From the NCBI GenBank assembly GCA_964350885.1, contig CAYGKV010000001.1, forward strand, positions 4,073 to 68,072: a stretch of DNA of 64,000 nt, written 5' to 3'. The notes under the pieces were generated by a model. The model was not told the DNA's origin. It ran no database searches and worked only from the letters and a program-made list of their open reading frames with translations. This DNA is from an uncultured Candidatus Saccharibacteria bacterium. GTDB taxonomy: Bacteria > Patescibacteriota > Minisyncoccia > Phycocordibacterales > UBA2100. Below are positions 59,499-64,000 of this stretch, piece after piece; position 1 is the first letter of the stretch, and the number at the start of each line of letters is the position of its first letter. Made by a program: the position numbers and the translations under genes.

Positions 59499-60518
59499 AT
59501 GCTCTCATTTTCACCAAAATTAGTCTCAAAAGAGCTTATTGCGGGGCTTCCAGAACGCTCTCGCAGTGTGCTCAATGATCGATTCGGTCTCTTAAAAGGC
59601 AAGCGTCGCACACTCGATGCGATAGGTCAGGAATACAATATTACCCGTGAGCGCGTACGTCAGATCGAGAATCACAGCATCTCTACGGTGCGTGATTCGG
59701 ATGCATACAAAACGCTTACGGAGAGTTGGGAACATTTAAAAGCAGTTATTGCTACTCTCGGTGGAGTTCTCTCTGAGCAAACAATTTTACAGGAGCTCGC
59801 AAAAAACGAGGCGGATCGGAGTCACATACTGTTTCTGCTTACCGTCGGACATCATTTTACTGACCGACGCGAAGACAACGACTTTGCAGCTCGTTGGCAT
59901 GTGGACGAGCAGCTTGCGGAGCAGGTGGAAGCTGCACTCGCTAGTCTCTATGAGGCAATCGATGACGACAAGCTTATTCCAGAAGAAGAATTTTTAGAAT
60001 CTTTTGCAAAACACCTCAAACAGGCAGGGGTAAAAAATAGGCCTCCCGAAGTTATTTCGCGTTGGCTTTTGATATCAAAACGGATTGGACGCAATCCTCT
60101 CGGCGAGTGGGGTAAACAGGATTCGCCGCACGTACGAATCAAGAACACGCGAGATTTTGCGTACCTGACGCTCAAGCGCCACGGTTCCCCGATGCATTTT
60201 ATTGAGGTCGCCAAAAACATCGAGAAGCTTTTTAGTCGCAAGACACATCCCGCGACGACGCACAACGAACTCATCAAGGATAATCGGTTTGTGTTGGTTG
60301 GTCGCGGACTCTACGCACTCAAGGAGTGGGGATATCAATCAGGCGTTGTCCGCGACGTTATTGTCAGCATTTTAGAGCGCGAAGGACCGCTTACGCGAGA
60401 CGAGATCATCGAGCGAGTGAAGCGGGAGCGATATGTGAAAGACGCGACCATTGCCGTCAATTTGCAAAATAGCATGTTCGTCAAGAATTCTGACGGTAAA
60501 TACGGGCTTGCGAAATAG
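59499..60518 (+). CDS. sigma-70 region 4-like HTH / HARE-HTH fusion protein
   Basis: N-terminus: ERSRSVLNDRFGL…TLDAIGQEYNITRERVRQIENHSI (sigma r4 HTH). C-terminus: HFIEVAKNIEKLF…FVLVGRGLYALKEW (HARE-HTH/RpoE-delta-like). Confidence 0.5.
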   Translation: MLSFSPKLVSKELIAGLPERSRSVLNDRFGLLKGKRRTLDAIGQEYNITRERVRQIENHSISTVRDSDAYKTLTESWEHLKAVIATLGGVLSEQTILQELAKNEADRSHILFLLTVGHHFTDRREDNDFAARWHVDEQLAEQVEAALASLYEAIDDDKLIPEEEFLESFAKHLKQAGVKNRPPEVISRWLLISKRIGRNPLGEWGKQDSPHVRIKNTRDFAYLTLKRHGSPMHFIEVAKNIEKLFSRKTHPATTHNELIKDNRFVLVGRGLYALKEWGYQSGVVRDVIVSILEREGPLTRDEIIERVKRERYVKDATIAVNLQNSMFVKNSDGKYGLAK

Positions 60519-60630
60519 TACTTCCAGCGATTTGCTTTAAAATTTACAAATATCTCTCGTGGGTTCTTTTTTTCTATCCCGCAGTTCTGAATAAAATAGG
60601 CGAAATTAGGGCTCGAGGTATAATCAGAAA

Positions 60631-60852
60631 ATGGAAAAATGGCCGGTCTTCAAGCCAGAATCGGATATTGACAAGGGGTTACCCGCCAACCTTCCCACGC
60701 TTCAAGAAATCATCGAAAATTCGCATTTGAGCAAGACTGATTTTGATGAATCAAGATATCGAGAATATATACAATCTTTTCAGGAAAGAGTGCGGCTGTT
60801 GCGGGAGCAAGAAACACACCGCCGGAGGTTTTTGCGTTCATCGCAACGATAA
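60631..60852 (+). CDS. small hypothetical protein (73 aa)
   Basis: ORF only; charged, no TM. Confidence 0.25.
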   Translation: MEKWPVFKPESDIDKGLPANLPTLQEIIENSHLSKTDFDESRYREYIQSFQERVRLLREQETHRRRFLRSSQR

Positions 60853-60955
60853 TGTTTACAATCGCTAGGCGATGCAAGAAAGACAACTGGATGGCACCTT
60901 TTTTATGTCAAGATGTTGATAGTGGAGTAACCATGTAGTAAGAAGATGTTACAAT

Positions 60956-62374
60956 TTGTCGGTGATTCATGAGTTTGAACAAAAAGGAATCGTCACCTCA
61001 GAGGGTTTTCGTTTGGCAATATCGTCCCTGCTCAGTTTTGATTTGCACGGTGTTGTCGACGGTTATCTCGGGAGTTACTGGGGCATTTCTCGGTGCCTTA
61101 CACTGAGCATCTTTTTTTTCGGTTTACTGATGATTTTGTCGACACAAATACCAAACCTCTTCATTTTTGCGTCGGGATGGCTCTTTGGTACGGCACCGGT
61201 CTGGATTCCTGTGATTACTCTTATGTCTGCGTGGTATGTGTGGTTGTGGTACGTGCGAAGTGCATATATCGCGAAGCAAGTACCCATTCTTCTCGAAGTG
61301 AAGATGCCTCGAGAGATCAATCGATCCCCGCGCGCAATGGAAAATGCACTCTCCAAGCTGTGGACGGATTCTGGCGAGACGACATTTTACAATCGATCAT
61401 GGCAAGGCCAATGCCGTCCCTACTTTTCACTTGAGATGGCGTCTTTTGGCGGTGAAGTTCACTTTTATATTTGGTGTTGGAAAAATTGGCGGCCGACGGT
61501 CGAATCTATGATGTACGCATACTATCCAGAGGTTGAACTCGTAGAGACAGAAGATTATGCGTCGAAATTTAAATATGATCCTGAGAAGTACGATTCCTTT
61601 CCTACCGATTGGCGTTACGAACCGCGCAACGATGCCTATCCCATTCGAACGTATGTCGAATTTGAACTCGATAAGGATCCGAAAGACGAGTACCGAGTAG
61701 ATCCTCTTGCACAGGTTTTGGAGAGATTGAGCACACTAAAGCCGAGCGAACAAATGTGGGTCCAGATTATCATCACGATGAGTCGGGATACGCGTCGAGT
61801 AAAAGACGGCGCGTGGTGGCAAACGGAACCTCGATTCGAGTCGTTGATAAAAGAAGAGGTTGAGAAACTCCGTAAGGAAACATCCTCCCAATCAGACTCT
61901 CCCGATGAACGATGGAAAGCGTACGCTCGTGTTCCTCTATTCCGGTATACGGAATTGGTCAAAGCCATGGATCGCAATATGGGTAAACACCCGTTCAACG
62001 TCGGCATGCGCGGCATTTATGTTGCAGAATCCAAAGACTTCAATGCGCCGAGCTATACAGGGTTGCGATGGATATGGAGACCCTTCGGCAATCCCCAGTA
62101 CATGAATCAAATGCGCCCGCGCCGATGGGGGAATCCATTCGATTGGCCGTGGCAAGATTACAAAGACGTGCGATGGAATCTCATGATCAGGCGCGCGCTT
62201 GATGCATATCGCAGACGCTCGCATTTTTATTCGCCTTGGATCTTTCCGCACAACATGATGTCGACCGAAGTGATAGCAACTATGTGGCATCCACCGAGCG
62301 CCTCTGTCGCAGCTCCTGGTCTTGAGCGCATCGCAGCCAAGAAAGCAGAGCCACCACCAAATTTACCTAAATAG
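60956..62374 (+). CDS. membrane-anchored hypothetical protein with Trp/Tyr/Arg-rich extracytoplasmic domain
   Basis: two N-terminal TM helices (LSIFFFGLLMIL…, VWIPVITLMSAWYVWLWYV) then ~380 aa soluble domain with many W (WRPFGNPQY, WGNPFDWPWQDY); GTG start, contains in-frame T8 run at 61112-61119. Confidence 0.45.
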   Translation: MSVIHEFEQKGIVTSEGFRLAISSLLSFDLHGVVDGYLGSYWGISRCLTLSIFFFGLLMILSTQIPNLFIFASGWLFGTAPVWIPVITLMSAWYVWLWYVRSAYIAKQVPILLEVKMPREINRSPRAMENALSKLWTDSGETTFYNRSWQGQCRPYFSLEMASFGGEVHFYIWCWKNWRPTVESMMYAYYPEVELVETEDYASKFKYDPEKYDSFPTDWRYEPRNDAYPIRTYVEFELDKDPKDEYRVDPLAQVLERLSTLKPSEQMWVQIIITMSRDTRRVKDGAWWQTEPRFESLIKEEVEKLRKETSSQSDSPDERWKAYARVPLFRYTELVKAMDRNMGKHPFNVGMRGIYVAESKDFNAPSYTGLRWIWRPFGNPQYMNQMRPRRWGNPFDWPWQDYKDVRWNLMIRRALDAYRRRSHFYSPWIFPHNMMSTEVIATMWHPPSASVAAPGLERIAAKKAEPPPNLPK

Positions 62375-62398
62375 GTTTTCCACCTCACACGACATCAC

Positions 62399-63433
62399 AT
62401 GGAACCTTTCTTTAGGCGTCTGCAAAAATTACTGGACACAGGACATTTCTTAATTCACAACCTCGAAGAGCGTTCTCAGGAAGGCGTAAATCGCCGCACC
62501 ATCATCATCATTTGTGTCGCAGGATTTTTGTCGGCAATTGCATATTTGTTTGTAATCCGACCCCCCCACAATTTTCCCATCGACACACTCGTCTCTGTGA
62601 AAGATGGATCATCACTCGAGAGTGTTGCGCGAGATATGCAAACAAGCGGTGTCGTTCGCTCCGGCGCGCTCTTGCGGGCACTCGTGTGGGCAATGGGAAA
62701 TTCGCGATCCGTGCGCGCCGGAGATTATCTTTTTAAAAAACCGGAGGACATTTTCTCGGTTGCGCGCACTCTCGCATTGGGTCGCTATGGGCTCGAACCC
62801 TTTAGAATTCGAATTCACGAAGGAGCGATGACGAAAGAAATGGTCGATTTATTTGATAAACGACTCGAACGGTTTGATGGGGATCGTTTTCTCCGCGAAG
62901 CGCAGTCGCATGAAGGGTACCTCTTTCCCGACACATACTTTTTCATGCCAAACGCGACAGATGAGACGGTAATTCAGACACTGCGGCAAAATTTTGACCA
63001 ACAGATTGCCACTATTTCTTCAGAACTCGCGAGTTCTACACGCACTCTTTCCGAAATCGTCACTATGGCTTCAATCGTCGAGCGCGAAGCGCGCGACCCA
63101 AAAGACAGGCGCATGATTGCGGGAGTCTTGTGGAACCGCCTTGCACGCGACATGCCGCTCCAGGTGGATGTCACGTTTCTCTACACCATCGGCAAAGGCA
63201 CGTTTGATCTCACTATGACGGATCTCGTCAGCGACTCTCCGTACAACACATACAAAAACAAAGGACTTCCGCCGACACCAATAGGGAGCCCATCTTTGGA
63301 CTCCATTCTCGCTGCGGCACAGCCGACAAAGAACAACTATCTGTACTACCTCGCGGACAATACGGGCGTGACGCACTTTAGCAAAACCTACGCAGAGCAT
63401 CTCCGCAAAAAACGCCTGTATTTGGGCACGTGA
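62399..63433 (+). CDS. mltG: endolytic murein transglycosylase MltG (YceG family)
   Basis: N-terminal TM helix, YceG core (VTIHEGAMTKE, GYLFPDTYFF, LPPTPIGSPS). Confidence 0.8.
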   Translation: MEPFFRRLQKLLDTGHFLIHNLEERSQEGVNRRTIIIICVAGFLSAIAYLFVIRPPHNFPIDTLVSVKDGSSLESVARDMQTSGVVRSGALLRALVWAMGNSRSVRAGDYLFKKPEDIFSVARTLALGRYGLEPFRIRIHEGAMTKEMVDLFDKRLERFDGDRFLREAQSHEGYLFPDTYFFMPNATDETVIQTLRQNFDQQIATISSELASSTRTLSEIVTMASIVEREARDPKDRRMIAGVLWNRLARDMPLQVDVTFLYTIGKGTFDLTMTDLVSDSPYNTYKNKGLPPTPIGSPSLDSILAAAQPTKNNYLYYLADNTGVTHFSKTYAEHLRKKRLYLGT

Positions 63434-63449
63434 TAGTGTATTGTGCCTG

Positions 63450-64000
63450 GATGTCAGAAAAGGTCTTCGTAGGACTCTCGGGTGGCGTGGACAGCGCCGT
63501 ATCGGCTGCGTTATTGAAGAGTCAGGGATACGACGTGACAGGTGTGTTCATAAAAATCTGGCAACCAGAATTTATCGAATGCACATGGAAAGAAGATCGG
63601 CTTGATGCAATGCGGGTGGCCGCGGCCTTGGGAATTCCATTTCGAGAAATAGATTTGTCGGAAGAGTATAAGAAAGAAGTGATCACAGACATGCTCTCTA
63701 ATTATTCAAAAGGACTCACGCCAAATCCCGATGTTCTCTGCAATCAACACATAAAATTCGGCGCGTTTCTCGATTGGGCGCTGAAGGAGGGAGCCGATAT
63801 GGTGGCGACCGGGCACTATGCGCGGGTGAGAAAGGACGGGGGAGCGTATTCGTTGCTACGTGGGAAAGACTCACATAAAGACCAGTCGTATTTTTTGTGG
63901 AAATTGGATCAGAATGCGCTGCGACACACCATCTTTCCTCTCGGTGAATACACGAAACCGGAAGTGCGTGATCTCGCCAAAAGATATGCTCTACCTAACG
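63450..64000 (+). CDS. mnmA: tRNA-specific 2-thiouridylase MnmA (3' truncated by window end)
   Basis: PP-loop VGLSGGVDSAVSA, CNQHIKFG, ATGHYAR. Confidence 0.88.

Noticed and set aside
1-64000. CRISPR arrays, rRNA genes, IS elements/transposases, integrases
   Set aside because: No spaced direct-repeat arrays, no rRNA-like conserved blocks and no transposase/integrase-like ORFs were found on either strand.

Overview
This 64 kb window is a gene-dense chromosomal segment from a bacterium with mixed GC content, about 45-68% in the stretches I sampled. Several genes have a -10 element that abuts the start codon, suggesting leaderless transcripts. Most of the window is core housekeeping: obg, a P-type cation ATPase, an MFS transporter, eno-gpm, thrA-asd, zwf-gnd, hisG, purF, an M29 aminopeptidase, pyrB, a PAP2/DgkA/ZIP membrane block, an RND efflux pair, the overlapping lysS-msrA-zincin-tyrS operon, uvrB-murB-uvrA, carAB, a short uvrC, ddl, tRNA-Ala, tdh-kbl, an RRM RNA-binding protein, rmuC, rplU, recR, dnaB, mltG and a partial mnmA. 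No CRISPR array, rRNA, or IS/transposase was seen. Accessory or unusual content: (1) a RelE/ParE-Phd toxin-antitoxin (TA) cassette next to obg, flanked by ~70 bp imperfect direct repeats, one copy being the 3' end of the adjacent flavoprotein gene; (2) a secreted Gly/Ser-rich protein gene split by a frameshift at a G8 homopolymer; (3) a small protein plus retropepsin-like aspartic protease two-gene module followed by a 313 bp noncoding gap; (4) a cryptic pair of small basic proteins on the minus strand at 54.5-55.2 kb; (5) a tRNA-Ala(UGC) locus with relic 5' and 3' tRNA fragments next to a secreted peptidoglycan-binding protein that also carries a Kazal-like motif; (6) tandem palindromic repeat units after kbl; (7) a sigma-70 region 4 / HARE-HTH fusion protein and a large Trp-rich membrane-anchored protein of unknown function near the 3' end. 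I could not confidently identify a complete, clearly novel multi-gene system. The cryptic small-protein pair, the retropepsin module and the 60.6-62.4 kb block are the best candidates for follow-up.
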